A stretch of 64,000 nt of DNA from a virus (Duplodnaviria; Caudoviricetes), in IMG/VR virus record IMGVR_UViG_3300037249_001405, positions 128,001-192,000 of that record. One strand, 5' to 3'. A program made the position numbers and the translations under genes. The notes under the pieces are model-generated. The model saw only the letters and a program-made list of their open reading frames with translations. It made no database searches and was not told the DNA's origin. Positions 33,401-42,180 of this stretch are shown here, piece by piece; the first letter of the stretch is position 1; each line of letters opens with the position of its first letter.

Positions 33401-34228
33401 TTATTTATTATTTCTATAAATTAAAGCTGAAAATCCGGAATAATCTACCATTACAGCAGGATTGTAATCAGTACCTGCTAATTCTTTATCTTGAATTCCA
33501 AGATACTCCTCAAATATAATTTTATACAAATCATTAATATCGAGGCTGATTTTATCAAGAACTTCAAGTTCAACAAAAAGAGAAGATCGGTTGTTGTTTC
33601 CTCTTTTCTTTTCATTGGACGAGAACATTGCTCTATTCTCACCTAGTATTCCAGAATGGATAACGTGATTCAAATTCTTGAATACTACACTTGAAGTTTG
33701 ATTATCTTCAACTCTAGCATAATTTTTTGACATAGAATTGAACCACATAGGAAGTTTCTCGTTTAAGAACTTATGAATAACCTCATCTTTCTCGTATTTT
33801 GTATCCAAAACAGGGAAATTAGGCTCCAAAAGTCTGAACCAGTAAGTCAAAGATTCTATTTTCATAGCTGCTTCAACTTTTTCATCCCACCTACGCCAGT
33901 TATTAACTCCTACTCCAAAATAATATGGAGTATAAAGGAAATGCTGAATAAAATCAGTGCGATCTTTGTAATCAATTGAACCACAAGCATTCAAGAACTC
34001 ATCCACGTTCAAGTCTGCGCTCAACCTAACCATCCTTGATTGTCTATTTGAATCAATAGACTCGAATAGGTATGATTCTGTAGTAGACAGTTTAGTTAGT
34101 TTACTACAACGAAACAGATGCTGAATTCCTGCTTCAGCCTGTTCTCGATCGAGTTTGTTTACAAAAACTCGAATCAAATCGCCTTTGTTTACGTTTACGG
34201 CGATATTTGTCATTTTTTCTGATGACAT
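33401..34228 (-). CDS. hypothetical protein (paralogue of 30567-31403)
   Basis: shared motifs. Confidence 0.75.
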   Translation of the reverse strand: MSSEKMTNIAVNVNKGDLIRVFVNKLDREQAEAGIQHLFRCSKLTKLSTTESYLFESIDSNRQSRMVRLSADLNVDEFLNACGSIDYKDRTDFIQHFLYTPYYFGVGVNNWRRWDEKVEAAMKIESLTYWFRLLEPNFPVLDTKYEKDEVIHKFLNEKLPMWFNSMSKNYARVEDNQTSSVVFKNLNHVIHSGILGENRAMFSSNEKKRGNNNRSSLFVELEVLDKISLDINDLYKIIFEEYLGIQDKELAGTDYNPAVMVDYSGFSALIYRNNK

Positions 34229-34345
34229 AATTGATAAGTGTTTAGTTAATAATGATAATTTATTTTTTTTGTTCTTTTATTAGATTTTGAAGGGACAAAA
34301 AAAGTAACTGATAATTAGATTTTTTTCTAATTATCAGTTAATCTA

Positions 34346-34528
34346 CTACTCTTTTGTTGGGGTAGTAGTTTTCTTAGCTCGGCTGTAGAGATCATTTACG
34401 TGAGCTTGCGCACGCTCTCTGATAGCTTTGCTAATTTCTTCCTCACTTGGTGAAGAAGGATGTCCAATTGCACTTACTTTAGGTTTAGGTGTAATTGGAG
34501 TAGTTCTTTTCATTAAATATTTTTCCAT
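34346..34528 (-). CDS. small hypothetical protein
   Basis: 60 aa with own promoter motif (34567-34589) and terminator (34297-34340). Confidence 0.6.
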   Translation of the reverse strand: MEKYLMKRTTPITPKPKVSAIGHPSSPSEEEISKAIRERAQAHVNDLYSRAKKTTTPTKE

Positions 34529-34597
34529 TTTAATAATTTTTTATTTATTATTAATAAAGATTTTAATTCATTTATTAGGTTTTTAAGGGAGCAAAAA

Positions 34598-34710
34598 AAA
34601 TATTACCAATAACCACTTAAGCTACCGACGCTTTTCAGGGCATCAGGTCCGAGTTGAACGGACTACTCTCGTTTTTCACGCGAGCGCTTCACCGATTATT
34701 GGTAATATTT
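34598..34710 (-). tRNA. circularly permuted tRNA(GAA)-like gene, break in the D-loop
   Basis: 3' half 34693-34639 (GGUG AAGC G, anticodon arm with U-GAA-AA, T arm GUCCG-UUCAACU-CGGAC, CUGAUGC C) precedes 5' half 34631-34615 (GCGUCGG UA GCUU AAGU); flanks form a 17-bp helix. Confidence 0.75.
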
Positions 34711-34916
34711 CTCTCACGGAGGCATCGATACCTCATCAAATACGTAGCATAAGCTAGTTATGATCTCTTGCGTGAAATTTTCTCATTTTTGTTTCGGATA
34801 TTATTTGATTTATCCAGGCAGTATCAGAGAACAATCACTCTGCCTTTAATTTTTTTTTTTGATTTTTGCAAACCCGCGGTTCATCACCGCGGGTTAATCA
34901 AAATGATACCCACTCA

Positions 34917-35261
34917 CTACTCCAGGCGCATCTTTACCCAGAGGCATTCTGCCTCCTTGGGCAGCTCTGTAGTGCCATTAGGCAATCTAACGGGAGTCGG
35001 AGGAACGAACTGGTATACCCAGAACTCGTCCCCCCTTTGGGGTCGGAACTGACGGCGTGCCGTATCACACGGCACGCCTGCTCTTGCTGCGGTGTCGGGG
35101 TGGCCGACATAACTGTCGACCTCATCGTCCTCACCAAAAGGACGGTGATCTCCAGGCTTAACCTCAAGAGGTTTAAAAACTGGAATCTGATCAGCCCCTA
35201 CCAGCTCCTTCAAAGGGAGCATATTGAGGCTGATCGAATTTACTATTACGATCTTTGACAT
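34917..35261 (-). CDS. acrIII-1: AcrIII-1 / DUF1874 (STIV B116-like) viral ring nuclease
   Basis: 114 aa; NSISLNML, SYVGHPDTA (catalytic GH), R......GD...V.Q and RLPNG motifs match the DUF1874 pattern. Confidence 0.78.
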   Translation of the reverse strand: MSKIVIVNSISLNMLPLKELVGADQIPVFKPLEVKPGDHRPFGEDDEVDSYVGHPDTAARAGVPCDTARRQFRPQRGDEFWVYQFVPPTPVRLPNGTTELPKEAECLWVKMRLE

Positions 35262-35424
35262 AGTGTAGTTTTTTTAAAGTTAATAAAAAAATTATTTGTA
35301 TTCAATAATAAGGCTTTTAAGAATTCTTATGCGGAATTTCCATTATCGCAAAAAAAAAGAAAAGACGATATTTAAATATCGTCTTTTCCAATTAACTACA
35401 TGTTTGAGGGCATATTGTAATTAA

Positions 35425-38058
35425 CTAATTATTCATTGATTTTATAGCTTCATCGGCTACTTTGTTAATGGCCTCGACTGCAGCAACAGCTTTCTCATCA
35501 ATTGCATAATCATCTACCTGAATATTATTATTCCTCTTATAAAAATCCTCCATACAAGCTGGAGGAACAAACATAAAACTATTCATTAAAACATAATCTT
35601 TAATTGAATTTTTATTGTTTGTATCCTTGTCATTTCTATCACATATTTGATACTGAAGTGCTGCTTTTGTAAAATCAAACCCACTTGCATAAAAATCAGG
35701 AACAACGGGCTTAACTCCGGCCTCTTCAAAGAGGTGAGTTGAACATTTCCATTGTTCAAAAACTGATGGAGTAATTTCAAATTCAGTATAATTATCTATG
35801 TCCAGGATTCTGTAAATATTATTAATTACTTCACCTAGGTTAATGTAAAGATATGCTTCATTATTACTCAACTTACTAACCTGTTCCTCTCGATAAATAT
35901 AATATTTAGTAACACCATTCTTGATATCATCGAGTGTTACCTTATATTTACCATATGTTTTAATAGCATCATAAACCCTTTGCCAATTATTATAATAAAG
36001 CGTATTAATCAAATCAGTGTCAAAGTTTAACCTTGATTTATGAACCTTATTATAAAATTCTGTTACGCCCCAGCTCGGTGAAGGAACATAAGCATATTTA
36101 ATGAGATAATTAGCTATAACACATTCACATGTTCCTCTAGGATCATCAAGAGCTCGTTTAACTAAGTTATGAAGTTCTTCTGCCCATGTAACTGAGTTAA
36201 CCTGATCTATATCGTTCAAAGTGAATTTAACCCCGAATAATCGATACCTTCTATACTCATTTATGTATTCAGCGGACTCTGCATCAATATCGAAAAGATC
36301 TTTTAATAGTTTATTATATACCTCTACAGTATTACAAACATAAACCTCTTCCGTGCTTAAACGTCCTCCTTTTACATAATTATAAACATTAAAGTAATAT
36401 TTATCGGATACTATATCTCGGACTTTCATCCAATTTTCTTTATAGTTTTCCGTAAAATACTCCTTTATCTTGTCTAAGAATTTATCACAGAAATTCCAGA
36501 TACAATCATCTCCATACTTTTCATAAAAATCCTTCATAGATTTTCCGATAATTTTGGATCTTTTTGTATTAGTATCGGATAGAGTTACTTGATCATACGC
36601 CCCTTTAATAATAGTATCAATATTACCTGAGAGTGTCCAGTTTGATTCTTCCTTCTGATCACACATAGCTGATTTTAAATAATCATCTATATTAAGAGGT
36701 GGTGCAAACATGAGGGTATGTATTAAGTCTGTAGTCTTAATATCACTACCATCCATTGGAATAGGCGTAGGATCATTACCAGCCTCTAACCACTCTCGCT
36801 CTATCTTACCCCAAATTTCAAAATCTGTAGGAGTAATGGTTCTCTTTGAGAAATGCTCATCAAAATAGTCAAAATAATAGCTATAACCTTTTGATGGCTT
36901 TTCCAATGCACAATTAGCAAAAGCTAAATCAGATGGTGTAATGACATAACTATGAGTCTTCATCTTCATAGCTGTTTCCACAACTTCCCACTTTTTCTTA
37001 AAAAGATCAGAAGCTTTGATCATTCTTAATTTAGTCTTGGTAAATTCAAGATCATCTTTGGAAGGTGTTTTTTCTTTCTCTCTCTTTTCATACTCTTCCA
37101 TACTCATTCCAGTCTTTCCAAGATAGTTCAAGAAATCATCAAGCTCATTTCTGTGTGGATTTAAAGGTTCTGGTTCTGGAGTATCTTCTACCTTAGTAAT
37201 TGTTTTAGTGAGAGAATCATTAGAATAAATCCTGGATTTAATATCCATTGGATTTTCAAACTCCTTAATATAATTAACCCTAGCTGTATTAACGTCATTA
37301 AACCACGTAATAGTTTTGCTATAGTTAGCTATATCATCATCTGTTAATTTAAATCCGATATTAGTAATAGCCGTAAATATCTTCTCTAAATAAACTGGTT
37401 TAAATTTTTCTAAATCATCAGTAACATCAATATCAAACTCAAATACAGCATTAACGTCCTTATCATCCTCCTTAATAAAATACCAATCACATGTAATATC
37501 AGAATCCAAAGAATAGAAATGGAGCTTACGTGTATTTGTATATTTTAATACTGTAGAATATTCATTCATAAAATGAATATAGCTTGAAATTTTTCTAGTA
37601 GACGACCACAGACCAGAGGGCATACTTAGCTTTCTAGTATGATCATCAAACCAGTTAGGTACTGTTTCTGGATTAAATATACAAGTAACCGGTAAGAATT
37701 GCTGAGATTGATCCCTTAAGTACTCGTATTCAATCTGCTTAATTTCTATACCACCATCTTTTTGCAGAGTTGATGCACTATCCTCATGAAGCGAAAAAAT
37801 AGATTTATAGTCTATTTTATTATTCACAAAGAACCTAATCACATCCTTAACCTTTTGTTCGTCTGTGCTACCCTCTTTAAGTTTGTCAGAAAATGTAGTA
37901 GTAACATTCAGAGTAACTAAACTACCATTCTCCTTGTAATCAAAAGTTTCCTTTAATGTAATAGGAAACTCATTCACTTTCGTAAAGCTAGTAAAAAATA
38001 CATTAACTAATGTATCAAGCTCCACCTTAGGAATAGTTAATCTTGCTTTTCTAATCAT
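35425..38058 (-). CDS. large hypothetical protein with internal duplication
   Basis: 877 aa; two copies of W..V..A.K...ITP..FE.W......EAG..P...MF.PP. Confidence 0.8.
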   Translation of the reverse strand: MIRKARLTIPKVELDTLVNVFFTSFTKVNEFPITLKETFDYKENGSLVTLNVTTTFSDKLKEGSTDEQKVKDVIRFFVNNKIDYKSIFSLHEDSASTLQKDGGIEIKQIEYEYLRDQSQQFLPVTCIFNPETVPNWFDDHTRKLSMPSGLWSSTRKISSYIHFMNEYSTVLKYTNTRKLHFYSLDSDITCDWYFIKEDDKDVNAVFEFDIDVTDDLEKFKPVYLEKIFTAITNIGFKLTDDDIANYSKTITWFNDVNTARVNYIKEFENPMDIKSRIYSNDSLTKTITKVEDTPEPEPLNPHRNELDDFLNYLGKTGMSMEEYEKREKEKTPSKDDLEFTKTKLRMIKASDLFKKKWEVVETAMKMKTHSYVITPSDLAFANCALEKPSKGYSYYFDYFDEHFSKRTITPTDFEIWGKIEREWLEAGNDPTPIPMDGSDIKTTDLIHTLMFAPPLNIDDYLKSAMCDQKEESNWTLSGNIDTIIKGAYDQVTLSDTNTKRSKIIGKSMKDFYEKYGDDCIWNFCDKFLDKIKEYFTENYKENWMKVRDIVSDKYYFNVYNYVKGGRLSTEEVYVCNTVEVYNKLLKDLFDIDAESAEYINEYRRYRLFGVKFTLNDIDQVNSVTWAEELHNLVKRALDDPRGTCECVIANYLIKYAYVPSPSWGVTEFYNKVHKSRLNFDTDLINTLYYNNWQRVYDAIKTYGKYKVTLDDIKNGVTKYYIYREEQVSKLSNNEAYLYINLGEVINNIYRILDIDNYTEFEITPSVFEQWKCSTHLFEEAGVKPVVPDFYASGFDFTKAALQYQICDRNDKDTNNKNSIKDYVLMNSFMFVPPACMEDFYKRNNNIQVDDYAIDEKAVAAVEAINKVADEAIKSMNN

Positions 38059-38156
38059 ATTAAATCATGTTTTTTATTATACTTTCAATAATAATAGTTT
38101 TAGACCACTAATAGCGTGAAAGTCTTAGTTACGAACACTAAAAATAAAACACTAAT

Positions 38157-38891
38157 ATGGATAGACTTCTTATGTTTTGCGGTGATGTACATGGTTATAT
38201 CACTGCATTAGTCAATCGACTATGTTGTGAAATGCAACTAAATCACGTTGATTGTATAGTCTGTGGAGATTTTGGTATCGGCTTTGACAAAAGCTGGGAG
38301 AATCTCTACAACAAAATTGAACCTAAGCTTAAAAAAGCGGATGTTCATATTTGGGTTGTAAGGGGCAACCACGATAATCCTGAATATTTTGAAGATGAAA
38401 CAAGATATTCAAAAGATTATGTAACTTTTATGGAGGATTATAAACTCTATAAAATTGCAGAAAAAGAAATACTTCCCGTCGGAGGAGCTACTTCTGTTGA
38501 CAAAAAGTTGAGGGAAGAAGGCAAAAACTGGTGGCCTGGTGAAAAAATTAAGAGGGTAGATATAAAGACATTACCTACAAAGGTTGATGTAATTGTATCA
38601 CATCAATGCCCATTGATTTTTGACCCAATTACAGTTAAATTGGATGACGATGATGATATTTATGAGGAAGTTACAGAGGAACGTAACTATCTTAACGAAA
38701 TCGCATTCAATGTAAAAGCTGAATACTGGTATTATGGTCATCACCATACACATTATTCTGGAGAATATAAAGACATGAAATGGATATGTCTTGGTATTTC
38801 TAATCGTAGGGATCTTCGACCTGAACTTGACTATTATAAAGAAAGAGAAGATTTCGAGCCGAATCCTCAAGGGGAAGACTCAAAACCTTAA
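38157..38891 (+). CDS. calcineurin-like metallophosphoesterase
   Basis: GDVHG, GDFG, GNHD, SH..P, GHHH. Confidence 0.9.
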   Translation: MDRLLMFCGDVHGYITALVNRLCCEMQLNHVDCIVCGDFGIGFDKSWENLYNKIEPKLKKADVHIWVVRGNHDNPEYFEDETRYSKDYVTFMEDYKLYKIAEKEILPVGGATSVDKKLREEGKNWWPGEKIKRVDIKTLPTKVDVIVSHQCPLIFDPITVKLDDDDDIYEEVTEERNYLNEIAFNVKAEYWYYGHHHTHYSGEYKDMKWICLGISNRRDLRPELDYYKEREDFEPNPQGEDSKP

Positions 38892-38988
38892 TAATGAAAT
38901 AATGAAGATATAAATATAAATGTATCTTCATTATTTCTTTTTCTTTTACTATCTAAACATATTATTAACAAAAAAAAACTATTCAATT

Positions 38989-39309
38989 ATGAAATATTTG
39001 AGACATATTTTGAATATTTTCCTGCTGTTTATTACATTACCGTGTAGAGCAGCAGGATTAATACTGGCAGTTCGCATGCCAGTAGGATATAACAAACTCA
39101 CACAAGAGTTTGTTTACCTTCATAGATGGTTTGACTTTACAGGTCTCATTTATGAAGCTTTAGATCTTCTTCCTGAAGACGAGGATGGAGTATCCGCTCC
39201 TGTAACCCTCGTAGTTATCGATCTCAAAAAAATTGATAAGGAGAAGGTTAAAATCTACAAATCATTCGACGAATTTGTAGATGAAAATTGTAAACTTGAG
39301 TTGAAATAA
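38989..39309 (+). CDS. hypothetical protein
   Basis: start MKYLRH at 38989 preferred; the upstream ATG lies inside the leader hairpin. Confidence 0.65.
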   Translation: MKYLRHILNIFLLFITLPCRAAGLILAVRMPVGYNKLTQEFVYLHRWFDFTGLIYEALDLLPEDEDGVSAPVTLVVIDLKKIDKEKVKIYKSFDEFVDENCKLELK

Positions 39310-39312
39310 GCT

Positions 39313-39606
39313 ATGTCTGAATTTAAACTTGATTTTACATTACCAGCTGTTGAGCCGGTTACGATAATTGGTCCTGACGGTAATGATATCATTACTACGT
39401 CGGATGAATTATTGTGGCTTTACATTCGTAAACAGCTTCTTAAAGAGAAGCAGTGGATGAATTATAAAGTTAAATATAAGGGAGAAATTTATGAGTTTGA
39501 GAAGAATGGACAATTCCATTCTCCAGACGATGATTTCTTCCCTCTCTTCTGCCAATTGGCGGAGGACGTAATCTTTTACACTCCAGAAGATGGAAGAGAA
39601 GATTAA
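39313..39606 (+). CDS. hypothetical protein
   Basis: 97 aa in operon. Confidence 0.7.
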   Translation: MSEFKLDFTLPAVEPVTIIGPDGNDIITTSDELLWLYIRKQLLKEKQWMNYKVKYKGEIYEFEKNGQFHSPDDDFFPLFCQLAEDVIFYTPEDGRED

Positions 39607-39865
39607 AACCTATGAGGATGGTATAAACTTTATCAATGGTAGTTTCCCTCCACTCACGTCAGAAGAACAAGAACTGGCTGAGTCAGGAGATACACCCACT
39701 GATATATCAATACCACTCCTTAGAAGGAGTCTTGTTAATGCTAAACTCATTACAGAGTTTGATAGTTGCATTAAGGAGGGTCTTCCTGTATTAGATGCTT
39801 TCTATAAAGCATTTCATACAAGCAGATTGTATATTGAAGAACTTGAAGAAAACTTCAATAAATAA
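39590..39865 (+). CDS. hypothetical protein
   Basis: 91 aa in operon. Confidence 0.7.
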   Translation: MEEKIKTYEDGINFINGSFPPLTSEEQELAESGDTPTDISIPLLRRSLVNAKLITEFDSCIKEGLPVLDAFYKAFHTSRLYIEELEENFNK

Positions 39866-39900
39866 TCTAAAATAGACAAAAAAATTAAAAAACTACAGAA

Positions 39901-40680
39901 ATGAATACGAATACAGATTATAAAGCCGTTTATACAAGCATTATAAAAGAAACGGCTGATAAAATTAACAACCAGCTTCACAACTGGTTTGTTAAGAAGG
40001 AAAGTAAGTGGAATAAAAAGTATCCTACTTACCCCTACGCTGGAGACAGAAAAGTAATCTTCTTGGGCTTTAATGTTGAGCTCAAGGAAGATGAAGATCT
40101 CAGCAATAAATATCCTACCGCCATTATTAACGTGACGGTTAGAACAAGAAGAACTTATCGTGGAGATTCTCTCTTCGAAGAGAAACACTTTCCGGCCACT
40201 CAGATTGAGTTCAATTTGAAGTCTGGTTTAGGAGGTCTTCACAATAAGTTGATCCATATTTTTGGTATTGGCCCAAATTGCCGATTGTTAAAAAATATGG
40301 AAAAATACAAGAATATTAACAATGACATAAAAAATTTGAAGGAGAAGATAGAGGATCTTGAACAAGCAATCAAGATTGCTGATAATCCCGAATTTAAGAG
40401 TGATTGTTATCGAAATTATTTCCATAATTTCGAAGAAAACATTATTCATACGATGTATAACTGTGAAACTGTTGAGGAAGCAGTTCGTCTCTATAAAAGA
40501 GGCTACTTCGACGGTCAACAAATGATGAAGGATAATGACTTTATCATCCTGACTATTGAGAATCTTTTCTCAGTAACAGATGGTGATAAATTTAATCAAG
40601 ATCGAGCTTTCTTCTGGAAAGAACTCCAAGAATCCAGAAGAGAATTCAAATTTTTACAATCAATAATAGACACATTTTAG
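39901..40680 (+). CDS. hypothetical protein
   Basis: 259 aa in operon. Confidence 0.75.
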   Translation: MNTNTDYKAVYTSIIKETADKINNQLHNWFVKKESKWNKKYPTYPYAGDRKVIFLGFNVELKEDEDLSNKYPTAIINVTVRTRRTYRGDSLFEEKHFPATQIEFNLKSGLGGLHNKLIHIFGIGPNCRLLKNMEKYKNINNDIKNLKEKIEDLEQAIKIADNPEFKSDCYRNYFHNFEENIIHTMYNCETVEEAVRLYKRGYFDGQQMMKDNDFIILTIENLFSVTDGDKFNQDRAFFWKELQESRREFKFLQSIIDTF

Positions 40681-40681
40681 T

Positions 40682-40975
40682 ATGCCTTTTATTGACGAAC
40701 CCGAAGATGAATACTTGGATTATCTCACATACAGAGAAGTTCCAGGTGATCATACGGACCAAGACGAAAATTATATTCCTGATTTTGGCCCACACGGGGA
40801 ATGCGATATTCCCGCCATTCAAAGAGGGGAATATGTAAAGTTTTTCAATGCAGCCTTAAAGGTTCAACAGGGCCTTCAAGAGCTCGTTGAAAAACACGGC
40901 TTAGAACTTATTCAAGACGGAGACGCAATTCGTCTTGTTGATAAATCCAAACGTTGGATGACTGACGTTTGGTAA
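40682..40975 (+). CDS. hypothetical protein
   Basis: 97 aa in operon. Confidence 0.7.
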   Translation: MPFIDEPEDEYLDYLTYREVPGDHTDQDENYIPDFGPHGECDIPAIQRGEYVKFFNAALKVQQGLQELVEKHGLELIQDGDAIRLVDKSKRWMTDVW

Positions 40976-40978
40976 TAT

Positions 40979-41029
40979 AAAAAAAAATTAAACACACATA
41001 CTAACTAAAAATTAGTATGTGTGTTTTTT
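40979..41029. terminator. bidirectional intrinsic terminator
   Basis: aaacacacatactaa/ttagtatgtgtgttt hairpin with A- and T-tracts, convergent genes. Confidence 0.8.
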
Positions 41030-41040
41030 ATTTGGTCAGG

Positions 41041-42057
41041 CTAAAGACATAATTTGTCTAAAGCCTGCTCGTATTCTTCGATATATTTATCAATTACTGA
41101 CAAGTCTTTGGAGACCCTCAATCCTTGCCTATTAAAAGATTTAACAGGATCAAGTGAGGTAAATCCCTCCAGCTGACATGTATCGTAATTAAAGATTCGT
41201 GTATAATTCCACGCATCCGTGGAAAGATAGATGTGATTATTGGTCCAACCTTTAGCTGAAGACTGTAATACAGCCGACAGATTATTGTTGTTATTATCAA
41301 TAATCAATGTTCCAACAACCGTAAGTGACGGAACTGAATCTTCTAGTTCACCTGGATTGGGTTGAAACATTTTACCGCTATGCAAACAAAGCTGCATAAG
41401 CTGCTTTGCCTTAAACCTAAGACCTCCGGGACCTAAGTCACCACCAGTCATAGTATCATTAGCAAAGGCTACAAGACGTGAAAGACCATCAAATAATAGT
41501 AAGACGTCCTTACGCTTGTTATATACCAAATCTTGAGCACAAGCTATGATTTGGCATGCGTTATCTATACTGTCTGTATAGAAATCGTCCAAACATGCTA
41601 CCCTAATATCGATATCAGGATGAGCATTCTTGAAACAGGAGACAAAGCCTCCCCTTTCAGACCACATTTCATAATCCCTTTCACCAAATGAGATTACGAA
41701 AATATAGTCAAACTTTTTGCCAGTGGAGTTCACGTAGGGTCTACACCAGCCACTTGCCATAGTCATAAGCGTGGAAGTTTTACCACAGCCTGCCTCGGCA
41801 ATGATGTGAACTGACTGTCCAAAATGGATGTCAAATTCACGATCTATATAACGCGATCTTGCGCGTTGTATAGCGGTATCCCCAGCAGCACATACACGTG
41901 CATGATACTGATCAGGGATTTCACCGTGAGCTTTTCTATAGTCACGGTTAATGCGCTCCCTTTCTACAGGATTCGCATAGAACTGGATCAGTTTCTCTAC
42001 CTGATCCGTAGGTGTTTCCGTCGGTGACGGAAAATAAAACTCTTTGTATTTGTACAT
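41041..42057 (-). CDS. divergent transcription termination factor Rho-like ATPase, N-terminally truncated
   Basis: GQ..HI.AEAGCGKT, GER..E, DVLLLFDGLSRL...N, GG, SLTVVGT.IID, KG..N..IYLS in Rho order. Confidence 0.78.
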   Translation of the reverse strand: MYKYKEFYFPSPTETPTDQVEKLIQFYANPVERERINRDYRKAHGEIPDQYHARVCAAGDTAIQRARSRYIDREFDIHFGQSVHIIAEAGCGKTSTLMTMASGWCRPYVNSTGKKFDYIFVISFGERDYEMWSERGGFVSCFKNAHPDIDIRVACLDDFYTDSIDNACQIIACAQDLVYNKRKDVLLLFDGLSRLVAFANDTMTGGDLGPGGLRFKAKQLMQLCLHSGKMFQPNPGELEDSVPSLTVVGTLIIDNNNNNLSAVLQSSAKGWTNNHIYLSTDAWNYTRIFNYDTCQLEGFTSLDPVKSFNRQGLRVSKDLSVIDKYIEEYEQALDKLCL

Positions 42058-42180
42058 TTATTTAATATAATAAATTTTGTTAATAATCACGAAAGAATTA
42101 AAGCCGAAAATTAAAAGATAGATGGATTATAACTCCACCTATCTTTTATTCTTTCATATATAAGGGTTTCAGACGACTGA

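Noticed and set aside
34639-34710. Simple truncated tRNA fragment (attP/integration remnant)
   Set aside because: The missing 5' segment is present 7 nt downstream, complements both the acceptor and D stems, and the unit is enclosed by a 17-bp helix.
34768-35258. Plus-strand ORFs over the acrIII-1 gene
   Set aside because: Antisense shadows with TTG starts and no expression signals.
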